A stretch of DNA of 63,849 nt, the filler included, from Octopus bimaculoides (taxonomy: Eukaryota), in the NCBI RefSeq assembly GCF_001194135.2. It is 7 parts of 7 records of this genome, joined end to end, with 100 filler letters (N's around TTAATTAATTAA, not from the genome) between each part and the next. Parts side by side here need not be neighbours in the genome. Positions count along the whole stretch, not along the records: positions 21,481 to 42,664 come from NC_068990.1; positions 42,765 to 49,090 come from NC_068982.1; positions 49,191 to 53,277 come from NW_026417859.1; 4 more parts are not named here. One strand, written 5' to 3'. The position numbers and the translations under genes were made by a program. Numbering within the stretch: position 1 is the stretch's first letter; the number at the start of each line of letters is the position of its first letter. Shown here in pieces: positions 37,005 to 49,433 of the stretch. The notes beneath the pieces were generated by a model, which made no database searches, was not told the origin of the DNA, and was given only the letters and a program-made list of their open reading frames with translations.

Positions 37005-37382
37005 TAAACCCTAACACTAACTCTAATCCTAAACCATAACCCTAAACCCTAACACTAACCCTAACCCTAACCCTAAACCATAACCCTACACCCTAACCTT
37101 AAACCCTAACACTAACCCTAACACTAAACCCTAACCCTAAGCCCTAACGCTAACCCTAAACCTTAATTTAATTCTAACCCTAAGCCTTAACCCTAACCCG
37201 ATGCCCTAACACTAAATCTTAACCTTAAACCGTAATCCTAAACCCGAATCCTAGCGTTAAACCCTAACGCTAACCCTAACCCTAAACCCTAACCCTTACC
37301 TAAAACCCTAACTCTAACCCTAAACTCTAACCCTACGCTAAACACTAGCATTAACCCTAAACCCTAACCTTAATCCTAACCC
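37005..37382. repeat. Degenerate interstitial telomere-like (CCCTAA/CCCTAAA)n array
   Basis: About 380 bp of AACCCT, AAACCCT, AACACT and AACCTT variants. Confidence 0.9.
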
Positions 37383-37570
37383 AGATCAGATTATTTCACA
37401 ACATAGGCTACGGATACTGTGGTAGATCGCTCGCTGAAATAGCAAACATATTTTCGTATTAATTCAAATAACGTTGGAAAAGATTAAAATAAATGGGGGG
37501 GGGGGGGCGAACAAATTTATCTGACAACCCAATATAATCACATACACTCTGGTGGAGATAAAGAAACAGC

Positions 37571-37783
37571 GGTTTCAAATTTTGGCACAAGGCCAACAAT
37601 TTACGGGGAGGGGTTAATCTACTACATCGACACAGGAGTTCAACTGGTACTTATTTTATTGACCCCGAAAGGATGAAAGGCAAAGTCGACGTCAGCGGAA
37701 TTTAAACACAGAACGTGAAGACAGACGAAATACCGCAAAGCATTTTGCCCGGCGTACTAACGATTCTGCCAGCTCACCACCTT
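37571..37783 (-). mobile_element. SINE family B
   Basis: Full-length match to 54045-54259. Confidence 0.9.
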
Positions 37784-37964
37784 CCAAATGTAAAGAAATA
37801 TCGATACAACAAATGAATTTTAAATTGTAGTGATTAACAATTTTTATGACTCAATGACGATATAAATAGGTTGTTGTTTAATATCTGCCCTACTTAAATC
37901 TTCAGCAACTTGATGTAGATTATATATTGAAATGCTTATAGTAATTTCTGTTCTGATATAAAGC

Positions 37965-38312
37965 CATAGGCGCAGGCATGGCTGTGTGGTTAAGAAGCTC
38001 GTTTTGCAACCACGCGGTTTCGGGTTCTATCCTACTGAGCAGCGTCTTGGTTAACTGTCTTTTAGTATAGCCCCGGCCTCACTAATGAGTGAATTAGGTG
38101 GACGGAAACTGTGTGTATTTGTGTTTATGTTTATCTCCCCACTACCCGCTTGTCAACCCGTGTTGGTTTGTTTCCGCCATCGTAACTTACCGATTCGGCT
38201 AATGGAATAAGTAGTAGATTTAAAAAGAAATAATAACTACTTGTGTTGAGTTATTCTACTAAATTCTTCAAGGCGGTGCTCCAGTATGGCTGCTGTCCAA
38301 TGACCAAAACAA
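37965..38312 (+). mobile_element. SINE family C, degenerate but with 3' tail
   Basis: GGCATGGCTGTGTGGTTAAGAAGC..GGTTTCGGGTTC head; GACGGAAACTG; tail CTCCAGTATGGCTGCTGTCCAATGACCAAAACAAG. Confidence 0.8.
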
Positions 38313-38664
38313 GTAAAAAATAAAAGAAAAGATTTTAGAAAGATTTATGAAGAACAGACAGCAAGAATTAAATCCTCGAATTCTGTATACTGCCGAGAAT
38401 CTAGAACTGCTTTTAGCAAGAATTTTCAAGCTCGATGAGTTGGTTTGAATATAGAATTTGAAGTAAGTAAAGAGAATAAGGAATTTAACTATTACACTGC
38501 AATGCCTCTTTCAATTCTGTGTTGGGTTTCAACTTTATTTACCGTACTTATCTTCTTCGTAAAGGCACAAATACTCAAACATTTCATCCCTGTATAAATC
38601 AGGAGTTTCATGTTAAGTCAAAAGAAATCGATATTGTATAATTCTTTTCACTATAAGAACAAGA

Positions 38665-38849
38665 AATTTTGGGGGATGGGGTTAATTAATTACATCGACC
38701 TCAGTGCATAACTGCTATTTATTTTATCGATCCCGAAGGATGAAAGGTAAAGTCGACCTCAGTGGTATTTGAACTTAGATCGCAAAGCTGAAATAGATGC
38801 CGCTAAGCGTTTTTCCCGCTGTGCTAACAATTCTGCCAGCACGTTGCCT
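38665..38849 (-). mobile_element. SINE family B
   Basis: GGATGAAAGGTAAAGTCGACCTC core. Confidence 0.8.
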
Positions 38850-39146
38850 CTATATATTGTATAATAAACGCAGTTTTTTCATAGTGAGATTTGGATTTAG
38901 TTTTTAAAGCCTTCTATTTGTGCTAAATTTTGACCTCTTATGAATAATTGCTGTACATGTATAAGAGAGAAGGGGAGAGGGGAGGGAGGGAGGGAGAGAG
39001 AGAGATGAATGCCAATGAGTTGTCTTAAAGTTCTTAACAGCTCGAACCAGTATATCAGTTGATGCAGATCTGTTAACAAATGCAGTTTTATGATGAGTAC
39101 ACAAATGGATTGGAGATTGACTGATTAGAAATTTTGGTAGTTTATA

Positions 39147-39489
39147 GAGGGGGTCCCCAATCACCGACTACAGATTAGTACTGGGTTGTGAATCATTTGG
39201 TACCGTGCCGTACAGAAAGAATAAATTTTATAATTCTATTTCTATTTTATTGACTGTTACAGTCTGCAGATGTGCTTTTGCATTATATATTTATCATATA
39301 TGTAATATATATACTCTAAACATTGCTTGTTTTCACCTTTTCGATATCAGTGAAGAATTTCACTGGAAAAGTAGATAATATATATACATTATCTATGTAA
39401 TAATTGAATTATATATTATGCGCTTTGCTGTATTTTGTTAACTACATGATCACCTAGTCCGTGCTGCAAAAATATGTTGGGAACCACTG
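39147..39489. mobile_element. hAT-Charlie/Buster-type MITE, old
   Basis: Ends GAGGGGGTCCCCAA... and ...GTTGGGAACCACTG resemble CAG(G/T)GGT(C/T)CCCAAC termini; TSD not recognisable. Confidence 0.55.
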
Positions 39490-39575
39490 CACCAAGATTG
39501 GAGCAGAGATTGAAATAATGAACTGTAACTTTTGTTTATAATTACATAATTTTGCGTCTATGCTATCTTTCTTAC

Positions 39576-39613
39576 TTTATAATTAGATTGGCTCTGGCCA
39601 ATCTAATTATAAA
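39576..39613. repeat. Perfect 17-bp inverted repeat with 4-nt loop
   Basis: TTTATAATTAGATTGGC-TCTG-GCCAATCTAATTATAAA. Confidence 0.95.
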
Positions 39614-39886
39614 AAGACCTTTTAATAATGCATTGACCACTCCTGAATAATTTAGGCACGTCTGCATAAATAACATCCAAAAGTTGTAAAGAGAGAGAGG
39701 TATTCTGAAATCTAAAGCAATACAATCCCCTCTGACACGTCAAGAAAACGGCAGATATATTGCATAATAAACTCAAGAGCAAAGCCAAACTGTCTCATAT
39801 ATCAAATCGTTTACATTGAGTTTTCCCTATCTTTCACAACGCCATAGTGTCTAGCATACGAAACACTTGTTTTCCCATGAGAGAAA

Positions 39887-39916
39887 ATTTAGCTGTCAGT
39901 TAACTGACAGTTAAAT
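39887..39916. repeat. 30-bp palindrome with one mismatched pair
   Basis: ATTTAGCTGTCAGTT|AACTGACAGTTAAAT. Confidence 0.95.
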
Positions 39917-40129
39917 CACGATATCGCGAAAATACTTTTGATAAATTTAATCATGAACGTTCATGTAGGGGCGTGGACTTTATTCCGAAAATATTGCTAA
40001 GAACTATTTCTTTTCTTTAAAAGTAGATGAAGCGTTACAGAATATATAAAGAAGCAACATTTGACATTGAATATTTGAAAAACGTCATTTGTGCAACTTC
40101 AATAACAATAACAACAACTGTCATTTTCC

Positions 40130-40600
40130 ACCGTATCCGACACTTCTGTCAATTTTCTCGATATCACCATTGCCATATACAATATCCATCTGTCTACTTC
40201 TGTCCACTACAAACCTACTGGCTGCCACTATTTCTCCACTACTCTTCTCACCATAAACACACTAAATATGCCTCATCTTTCAATTGATTCAGATTTCGAA
40301 TCTTAATGCCAAGCAATGCGACAATTCTTTGGACCCGGTTTTCCGACAGGTTAAGGCCATCGACCGCACCACCCTTCCCTGCCGTCTTTATGCATGTCTA
40401 AAGACTGTATTCCCCTTTTCACTCGTCTTCTACCAGTTGAAACATAAATTCATTCGCAACTTCCGTATTCTACTCTCTGATCCCACAACCGCTCCTTTCC
40501 CACGCCACCTCTCCTCACCTTTAAACAAGATAAAAACCTCAGAAATCTGCAAGAAGCTCCACAGTGTCCACTCCCACACAACCAGGCACTTTTAAATGCA
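40130..40600 (+). mobile_element. Second Penelope-like element fragment (RT thumb and linker, Penelope/Poseidon-like)
   Basis: TSVHYKPT..LHYSSHH.H; RQVKAIDR; NFRILLSDPTT; PPLLTFKQDKNLRN. Confidence 0.7.
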
Positions 40601-40678
40601 GTGTATATATGCGACATATACACCCACATTGACAATATTAGTACCATCACTGAGCCTAAGGTGCATTATCATATTATT

Positions 40679-41543
40679 CAGAACTGGGATCTATTTTAAA
40701 ACGGGGGCCACAGTTTTCATTAATGTTTTACGTAGTGTTTTTGGTACCGAAAGACTTTCAAACTTCGTATACTTATCTATTTTGTGTTATAGAACAGAAA
40801 AATATTTTTGTATTCGAATTTATTTCATGTAAAAAATTGTCTTATTTCGATAATTTCAACCAATCACTGACAAGTATTCAGTTGTTTATATTTACTCCTT
40901 TGGCTGATTAAGCGGTGTAAAGCGTATTTAATCTCCATAACACGTGTGTTCGTTTTCCTTCGTTAAATTTGCTTTTTTTCATTTTAAATTTGCTTTTTTC
41001 ATTTTCTTTTTTTTTGCTTCGTTTTATTTGCTTTTTTCATTTTAAATTTGCTTTTTNNNNNNNNNNNNNNNNNNNNNNNNNNNNNNNNNNNNNNNNNNNN
41101 NNNNNNNNNNNNNNNNNNNNNNNNNNNNNNNNNNNNNNNNNNNNNNNNNNNNNNNNNNNNNNNNNNNNNNNNNNNNNNNNNNNNNNNNNNNNNNNNNNNN
41201 NNNNNNNNNNNNNNNNNNNNNNNNNNNNNNNNNNNNNNNNNNNNNNNNNNNNNNNNNNNNNNNNNNNNNNNNNNNNNNNNNNATCACCGATAGAATTGTT
41301 TCAGAATCGTTTGTTTATGTAGTCGGCACTTAATGTATATCGGCTGAATGGACGTCAGTGATTGGTTGAAATTACAGAAATACGACAACTTTAACATGGA
41401 ATAACTTAGGGATTTCTTTTTTTTTTAAGAAGACTAAGAGAAAAAGATGTTTTATATGACACATTCTACCAGTGTGCCAAGTTTCAAAGTGTTTCGTTAA
41501 GAAAATACTGTGGCCCCCCGTTTTAAAAAAGATCCCAGAACTG
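40679..41543. mobile_element. MITE with long (about 195 bp) imperfect terminal inverted repeats, superfamily unassigned
   Basis: CAGAACTGGGATCTATTTTAAAACGGGGGCCACAGT (40679-40714) versus ACTGTGGCCCCCCGTTTTAAAAAAGATCCCAGAACTG (41507-41543). Perfect 21-bp inner inverted repeat at 40851-40871 and 41354-41374, about 170 bp from each end. Confidence 0.8.
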
Positions 41544-41599
41544 CCGCTGCACATCGTCTAACATTATCAGGAACAGCTTGTGTTGGAGAGCATAAAGAT

Positions 41600-42170
41600 T
41601 AAAGTTGCAGTTGAGCAAAAGTTAGCTGACATGGAGGACTGGGAACTATCTGAATATCATGATGATCTGCGCCGGGAATCAAAATGCCGACATCATGACT
41701 GCTGCTCAATGCTCTGTGAACACTGTAAAGACTGTACATCGTGACATGAGCATCACGAAAACCAAATTCCCCCAAACTGTGATAGTCTTTGAGTGTGTCT
41801 CCACTGATAATGACGTCATGCCGCTCCACATCTATGAACAGGGCCTTAGGCTCAATTCAGACGACAATGTGAAACTACTGGAGACTGTGGTCAAACACTG
41901 GCTGAAGTGTGTTGCTGCTGAAAGGCCATATGTCTGACAGCAGGATTCGGCATTTTGCCATACAAGAGGAAAGAGATAAAAGTTGTTGCCAGAGAATTTC
42001 TACAACCTCACCAGCCTCAATTTCCCCATGTTGTAATTTGATGTGGGTTGCGGTTGCAAAATACATCAACTGCTCTGCCTGCAACACCAAGGCTGAGCTG
42101 GTGGCCAAGATCAAGGAGGTTTTACTACGCATGCCAGGCCAACTTGTCGCCACCCACTTCAATATTATAA
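41600..42170 (+). mobile_element. maT/DD37D-like (IS630-Tc1-mariner) transposase remnant
   Basis: TKFPQTVIVF.CVS...VMP.H...GLRLNSD..V.LLETVVK.W..VAA.RPYV*QQDSA.CHT; CNTKAELVAKIKEV. Confidence 0.75.
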
Positions 42171-42764
42171 GCCATTCCGTCATTCACTTATCAGTATGCT
42201 ACACACCATAGTTTCCCATTGCCAAGGAAACGGTGAGAACAATGTTTCATGCTCGAACTAGGTACTATGTCACCGAAAGGTTTAAGTGAACGTATTTCTT
42301 TCTACTCTTCCACCTCCTCTTCGTTCATTAAACCTGTTCTTATCCTTCAATTCACTTCTCACCTTTTGTTTTCTGTTCATCTTACTCTCGACTTTGCTTG
42401 CTTCTCTTCATTTCATTACTCTTTCCTTCTTCCTTCTCACATTATTTCACCTACTACTTCTTCTTCACGTATGAAGCTCAATTGGTCTTGCATTCCTTTC
42501 CAGTTGCATCATTTTTTTTTAAATAGAGGATGTATAACTCAGCTATCTCATAGGTTTCTGGCCTTTAAAGCTGTCCGAAACGTTAGATTTTCCACTCTTC
42601 ACAGCCAGCTCACTGTCTTCTTTTTTTCGATGCTACTACATTATATATATATATATATATATATNNNNNNNNNNNNNNNNNNNNNNNNNNNNNNNNNNNN
42701 NNNNNNNNTTAATTAATTAANNNNNNNNNNNNNNNNNNNNNNNNNNNNNNNNNNNNNNNNNNNN

Positions 42765-42995
42765 AACTTGACGCTTTCCTCTCCACGATACCAGACGAAC
42801 CAATGGCTCGTAATGAGACGCAGTTTAGGGCAGCTGTGTCAAATTCTCTTATACACCAGATGTGCCATCAAAACTCTTGATTGGACCATGTCAGGTGGGG
42901 GAGAAGAGCCATGCAAGGAACGTGAAAATCACGGTGGTGCACCAGCATGACCGCAGCCACTTGGCTGAAACACATAAATAAATAAATAAATAAAT
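42765..42995 (+). mobile_element. CR1-group LINE 3' end with (TAAA)n tail
   Basis: LDAFLSTIPDEP..RAAVSNSLIHQ followed by a 3'UTR and TAAA repeats. Confidence 0.65.
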
Positions 42996-43018
42996 ATATA
43001 TATATATTTATATGTATA

Positions 43019-43054
<36 letters not shown>

Positions 43055-43592
43055 TGTATGTATGTATGTATGTAGGGAAATTACAATATATTTAAACTTA
43101 CTGTAAACTCCGAGTCAACTTGAATTCTTGCCAAACTCATTCTTTCATGAATTTACAAATAATTTATAGAGGTTTAAAGAGTAACTAATTGATTACCAAG
43201 TTCAGATGATATCAATCATACTACTTAAAATGAAATCTTTGGTGGTACTACTGGTGATCTCAGATTCAGAGAACTTGACTTCCAGAAAATGGGCAACTTT
43301 CAGAAATATCTTTGGTCATATTCTTAGGTAGGTAATATGGATTATCAACTGCGACCAGTGGAGACAAAGCCTGTCATACAAAGGAATGAAAAACTGGAGG
43401 TGGCACATTGAGCATAGGACGTGCAATAAAATGCTTGTGACGTCGAAAATGTAGCTGTTTATAACATGCAGGTTAGTTATCAACAAAAAAAAGTTACGTG
43501 ACATAAAAATTAGAACGAGATGTATCGGAAAAAACCTAAACTTTTAAGATAATTTTCTCTGTAGAAAAATTTGATTTGTTCCAATAAACTGT

Positions 43593-43964
43593 TTGGCCCA
43601 GTGGTTAGGGCAGCGGACTCGTGGTCATAGGATTGCAGTTTCGATTCCCAAACCGGGCGTTGTGAGTGTTTATTGAGCGAAAACACTTAAAGCTCCACGA
43701 GGCTCCGGCAGGGGATAGTGGCGAACCCTGCTGTACTCTTTCACCACAACTTTCTTTCACTCTTACTTCCTGTTTCTGTTGTGCCTGTAATTCAAGGGGT
43801 CAGCCTTGTCACACTGTGTCACGCTGAATATCCCCGAGAACTACGTTAAGGGTACACGTGTCTGTGGAGTGCTCAGCCACTTGCACGTTAATTTCACGAG
43901 CAGGCTGTTCCGTTGATCGGATCGACTGGAACTCTCGACATCGTAAGCGACGGAGTGCCAACAG
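43593..43964 (+). mobile_element. SINE family A, full length
   Basis: A box TGGCCCAGTGG, B box GTTTCGATTCC, body and 3' tail CGACGGAGTGCCAACA. Confidence 0.9.
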
Positions 43965-44572
43965 TAATGTTTTGAGAATATTTTTCGTATGGCATCTGAT
44001 ACATTACTTGGCTTAATCCAGCCTTACTGGCAGCTGGCTTTATACATTCTATTCCCGGTGTCGTTAATATTCTAATGTGTGTCAGCAATTAGAGTTGTGT
44101 ACTTTGGAATCATCACGCAGAACTGGACCAAGGCTAATGTATCTACCTACATTCAACACAACGAGAAATTTATTTGAACATTGATGTAAAATATAACTAG
44201 TTAAATATCATTGAGTGGAGATGGATTTCATTATTTTCTGACAGATAATTCAGCCCACTACAATAGTTGGTTGTACAAATTAAACAAATTGGTCTTTTTT
44301 CAGACTACGCTTTTAGACTCTTTAGAAGTAATTTTTAAGTATATTTAAGCTGATGATTCCCTATAGCGCTATTCTTCTTGAAACATCTTCATAAGGTTTC
44401 AATAGCTCTAGTTCTCTTTCCACGGATTAAATGTTCAAAGATAAACTAAATAATCTCTAGACAGCATTCTCTTGCGAAACGTTAACGTTGTGTGGATTAA
44501 AGGGCGTGGGCTTGTGATTAAGAAGTTTTCTTCGCAGTAGGATATACATACACACAAGCGCCACACACACAC

Positions 44573-44642
<70 letters not shown>

Positions 44643-45583
44643 NNNNNNNNNNNNNNNNNNNNNNNNNNNNNNNNNNNNNNNNNNNNNNNNNNNNNNNNNN
44701 NNNNNNNNNNNNNNNNNNNNNNNNNNNNNNNNNNNNNNNNNNNNNNNNNNNNNNNNNNNNNNNNNNNNNNNNNNNNNNNNNNNNNNNNNNNNNNNNNNNN
44801 NNNNNNNNNNNNNNNNNNNNNNNNNNNNNNNNNNNNNNNNNNNNNNNNNNNNNNNNNNNNNNNNNNNNNNNNNNNNNNNNNNNNNNNNNNNNNNNNNNNN
44901 NNNNNNNNNNNNNNNNNNNNNNNNNNNNNNNNNNNNNNNNNNNNNNNNNNNNNNNNNNNNNNNNNNNNNNNNNNNNNNNNNNNNNNNNNNNNNNNNNNNN
45001 NNNNNNNNNNNNNNNNNNNNNNNNNNNNNNNNNNNNNNNNNNNNNNNNNNNNNNNNNNNNNNNNNNNNNNNNNNNNNNNNNNNNNNNNNNNNNNNNNNNN
45101 NNNNNNNNNNNNNNNNNNNNNNNNNNNNNNNNNNNNNNNNNNNNNNNNNNNNNNNNNNNNNNNNNNNNNNNNNNNNNNNNNNNNNNNNNNNNNNNNNNNN
45201 NNNNNNNNNNNNNNNNNNNNNNNNNNNNNNNNNNNNNNNNNNNNNNNNNNNNNNNNNNNNNNNNNNNNNNNNNNNNNNNNNNNNNNNNNNNNNNNNNNNN
45301 NNNNNNNNNNNNNNNNNNNNNNNNNNNNNNNNNNNNNNNNNNNNNNNNNNNNNNNNNNNNNNNNNNNNNNNNNNNNNNNNNNNNNNNNNNNNNNNNNNNN
45401 NNNNNNNNNNNNNNNNNNNNNNNNNNNNNNNNNNNNNNNNNNNNNNNNNNNNNNNNNNNNNNNNNNNNNNNNNNNNNNNNNNNNNNNNNNNNNNNNNNNN
45501 NNNNNNNNNNNNNNNNNNNNNNNNNNNNNNNNNNNNNNNNNNNNNNNNNNNNNNNNNNNNNNNNNNNNNNNNNNNNNNATATA

Positions 45584-45616
<33 letters not shown>

Positions 45617-46535
45617 ATATAAATATATATATATATATAGAATGAATGTAAGTATATGAAGTATATGCGCATGTGTGTGTGTGTGGGGGGACACTAAACT
45701 CTATACAGGAGCATGGTACATGTAACCAAGCCATACTCACTTGCGAGTGATGGCCGAGAGAATTACATATTCACTAAAAACAAAAATTATATTTCCTCTA
45801 CTTTGAGAAATTTTTTCAATTATCTGAATGGAAATAATAATTTTCAATTATAAAATGTACAAAAAGTCACATTAATCAAGATTTAAGACTATAAGTAGTA
45901 CACTGTTTTATAATCAGAAGAAAACTGCTTTGCTTGCCCTTCACTAACAGTTTACACTCCATTAAGCATATTTAATTGAAGTTATAAGAAAATAAGTACT
46001 TAGAAGTAGGTTGGATGCTTTATGATTGAAACGTAGCTAGGTGTCAAAGGTTTGGAATATAAAAAGCCGACAAGGACATTAAATAACTTTATATCTTCTT
46101 TTTCTTTCTTTTAAAGTATACCATAGAAGAATGTTATTTACTGTAATCCGGGACCTATCTAACATCAGTCACATCTCTGGCCAGATAAATTTTCAATCCG
46201 CCCACAATGAGTCATTAACTGGAACCATGCAGGGCTTTTCAGCCTGCAGACAATTATCCTGAGTGTTTTAAATTATCTTTGGTTTCACATGTGCAGACCT
46301 GTGTTGAAAGGGGTTTTCTATCTTACTCTTAAAGATACCCATTTTAGAGCGACCACGAGAGAGAAAAAGTAAAAATGAAAAAAGGAAAAAAGAGCAAAAT
46401 TATTATTTCTCTATATTTCACAATTATTCAGAACCTAGTTATATATTTTCTATTAAAACTTTCTAGTTAAGCTGATGTAGTAGCGGTAATCTTTCAGTTC
46501 TGCAGAGTTAATACTTCACAAGTTTAAAATATTTT

Positions 46536-46589
<54 letters not shown>

Positions 46590-46604
46590 AATTCTGAAAT
46601 TCTG

Positions 46605-47107
46605 CTACTTGTTTCAGTGATTAGACTGCGGCCATGCTGGAGTACCACCTTAAAGGGTTTTAGTCGAATAAATCGACCCCAGGGCTTATTCTTTGTCAGC
46701 TTAGCACTTATTCTATCGGTCTCTTATGCCGACCCGCTTAGGTTACAGGGAAGTAAACATACCAACATTGGTTGCCAAGCAATGCTGGGGGGACAAATAC
46801 AGACAAAAATACATACATGCATACATACATACAGATGAAATACCGCTAAGCATTTCGCCCGACGTGCTAACGTTTCTTACTTCTTTATTACCCACAAGGG
46901 GATAAACATAGAGGGGACAAACAAGGACAGACAAAGGGATTAAGTCGATTACATCGACCCCAGTGCGTAACTGGTACTTAATTTATCGACCCCGAAAGGA
47001 TGAAAGGTAAAATCAGCCTCAGCGGAATTTGAAGTCAGAACATAAGGACAGGCGAAATACCGCTAAGCATTTCGCCCGGCGTGCTAACGTTTCTGCCAGC
47101 TTGCCCC
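46605..47107 (-). mobile_element. Composite of a SINE family C 3' tail and family B copies
   Basis: GACTGCGGCCATGCTGGAG tail motif; GAAATACCGCTAAGCATTTCGCCCG occurs twice; family B core at 46940-47105. Confidence 0.75.
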
Positions 47108-48114
47108 CTTGTTTACATACTAATATTGTTCCTTTTCTCTTTGACGAAATGTGGTACCTGTGAATGCTTATAAGTGTGTTTTTGCTTCTTTTTAATTTTG
47201 AATTACATCGTAGATGTATGCTGTTGTGGAAGTGTTGTATATAATAACTCCAAATATTTTTGTCCTCTCTGTTTGGTATATTTACGTTGCTAAAGTAGGG
47301 ATATAGCCAGGTTCTAAAGTTAGTGAGCACATATTAAAAAATACGTCGTCACACATACCAAACAATTTTAAACTCATTAATTATATATTTTATAAAAGGC
47401 GCCATTTAAAAAAAAATTGTGCACGCAGGGAACAGTCGCTCCTCTTGCTCCTTTTTGTTCCCGTATAAGTTATGCCACTGAGCTAAGGTATCCTGACGCT
47501 TCTGAGCAGAAGGAAGACAATGAATCTGGTCGCTGTTACTTTAGTATAACGCGGAGCCACTGGTTTAGGATTGGAGTTGATGTGCAGTTTTGAATGTGCG
47601 AAAATAGTAGGAAAAAGTGACTGCGGTATCACTTTTGTGTATGAAGTTGTGGGGATATGTGTAAAGATTGTGTATGTATAGAATAAGAAGAACAGGCGAG
47701 AGGGAGGATCTTTGCGGTAGTCCATTCGAAAAATTACAAAGAAGTGTTGCTTTTGTACACTATATAGGTTTGGCGATCTGTTAAATTTATGGTTATTCTA
47801 TGTATTATAAGTATTTATAAGTATTTATAAGTGCTAACAGGATGTGTAAGCTTTACCTCGAAGCTTTAAATGTAATATCATATTTAATTACAAAACTGAT
47901 AACCAGTTAGGAGTGTGAACACATATCACTGTCTCAGTTTATGCTTCAATTGATTCACATGCTCCTCAGTGATCGCAGTTTTAATCTGTCACCGGTCGCA
48001 TTGTAAGTTAAGCTTGACTAATCGCTTTGCATCGCATCTAAACTATTTCTGATCGAACATAGACATGTTTACATTGCTTTCTTTTTCAATCTACTGACAT
48101 TATTTGTTCGCAAT

Positions 48115-48292
48115 TAAAGGCGGTGAGCTGAGAGAATTGTAAGCACGCTGGGCAGTTCTGAGTTCAAATTCTGCCGAGGTCGACTTCGCCTTTCGTTTTT
48201 TTCAGGGTCGATGAAATAAGTACCACTTACGTACTGGGGCCGATATAATCGACTAGCTCCGCCCTCCAAATTTCAGGCCTTGTGCTTTAGTG
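48115..48292 (+). mobile_element. SINE family B with internal deletion
   Basis: TAAAGGCGGTGAGCTG..GAGTTCAAATTCTGCCGAGGTCGACTTCGCCTTT..GGGTCGATGAAATAAGTACC. Confidence 0.8.
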
Positions 48293-48917
48293 GAAACGAT
48301 TATTTGTTCGCAATTCCTGATAAGAGTGCCACTTTTTTTTTTGTTTGTTTTTGATGACAAGGGCAGGAGGTGAGATTTGAACTCAGAACGCACAGATCCG
48401 CAACAAACAATTACACATTATTAGAGAATTATTAAACGAAGGGCAGATTACATATAAACACATATAAAAGAGCCAATATTGGAATCTCCCTGTGATTGCT
48501 CAGTTTGCACAAAATTACTCAACCATTAAAAAAAAAAGACATTAGTTGATGTAGTTCAACAAATGACAATGACTTCAAATAACAAGGGTTGGCCATGATT
48601 AGATTGTCTTTGAACGTATGACTGCTGGATCTAGGGTGGTGTAAGGCTAAACTCATGCACACACACACATCTCTCTCTCTCTCTCTCCCTATCTATCTAT
48701 CTACAGATACATACAAACGTAGATACATACATATATGCATGTACGTATTTACGTATGTCTACATGAGGTTGTAATGTAAACAGATAAGATTTTTATAATA
48801 TAAACTTAAAATTATTCACAAATCGAACCATACTCCTATATTCCAGACAACAGCGTTATCGATTATACCAAGACGCCCCGAAATAACCTAAACCATAAAA
48901 TGCTCTGTCTCCCCCCC

Positions 48918-48948
<31 letters not shown>

Positions 48949-49402
48949 TATATATATATATATATATTTCAAGGTTTTTAACTTTTAAATTTGTATATTT
49001 AAAAGAGACAGAAACTTCAAACTCGATATAAGTTCTTATGCTATATTGGTAACGGTTGCTACATCCTCTGGAAAATTATATATATATATANNNNNNNNNN
49101 NNNNNNNNNNNNNNNNNNNNNNNNNNNNNNNNNNTTAATTAATTAANNNNNNNNNNNNNNNNNNNNNNNNNNNNNNNNNNNNNNNNNNNNATATATATAA
49201 ATAATTATCTTGCTTCAGTTATTAGACTAGGGCCATGTTGGAGTACCGTTTGAAGAAATTTTAGTGAAATAAATCGACTACAATATTTATTTTTCACAGC
49301 CTACTACTTATTCTAAAGCCCGATTTTACTGAAGCACTAAGTTACTGCATCGTAAACACACCCACACCGGTTGTGAAGCGCTGGTAGGAGACAATCACAA
49401 TG

Positions 49403-49433
<31 letters not shown>

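Noticed and set aside
43593-43660. tRNA-like cloverleaf heads with A and B boxes
   Set aside because: They are 5' heads of multi-copy SINEs with degenerate stems, not tRNA genes
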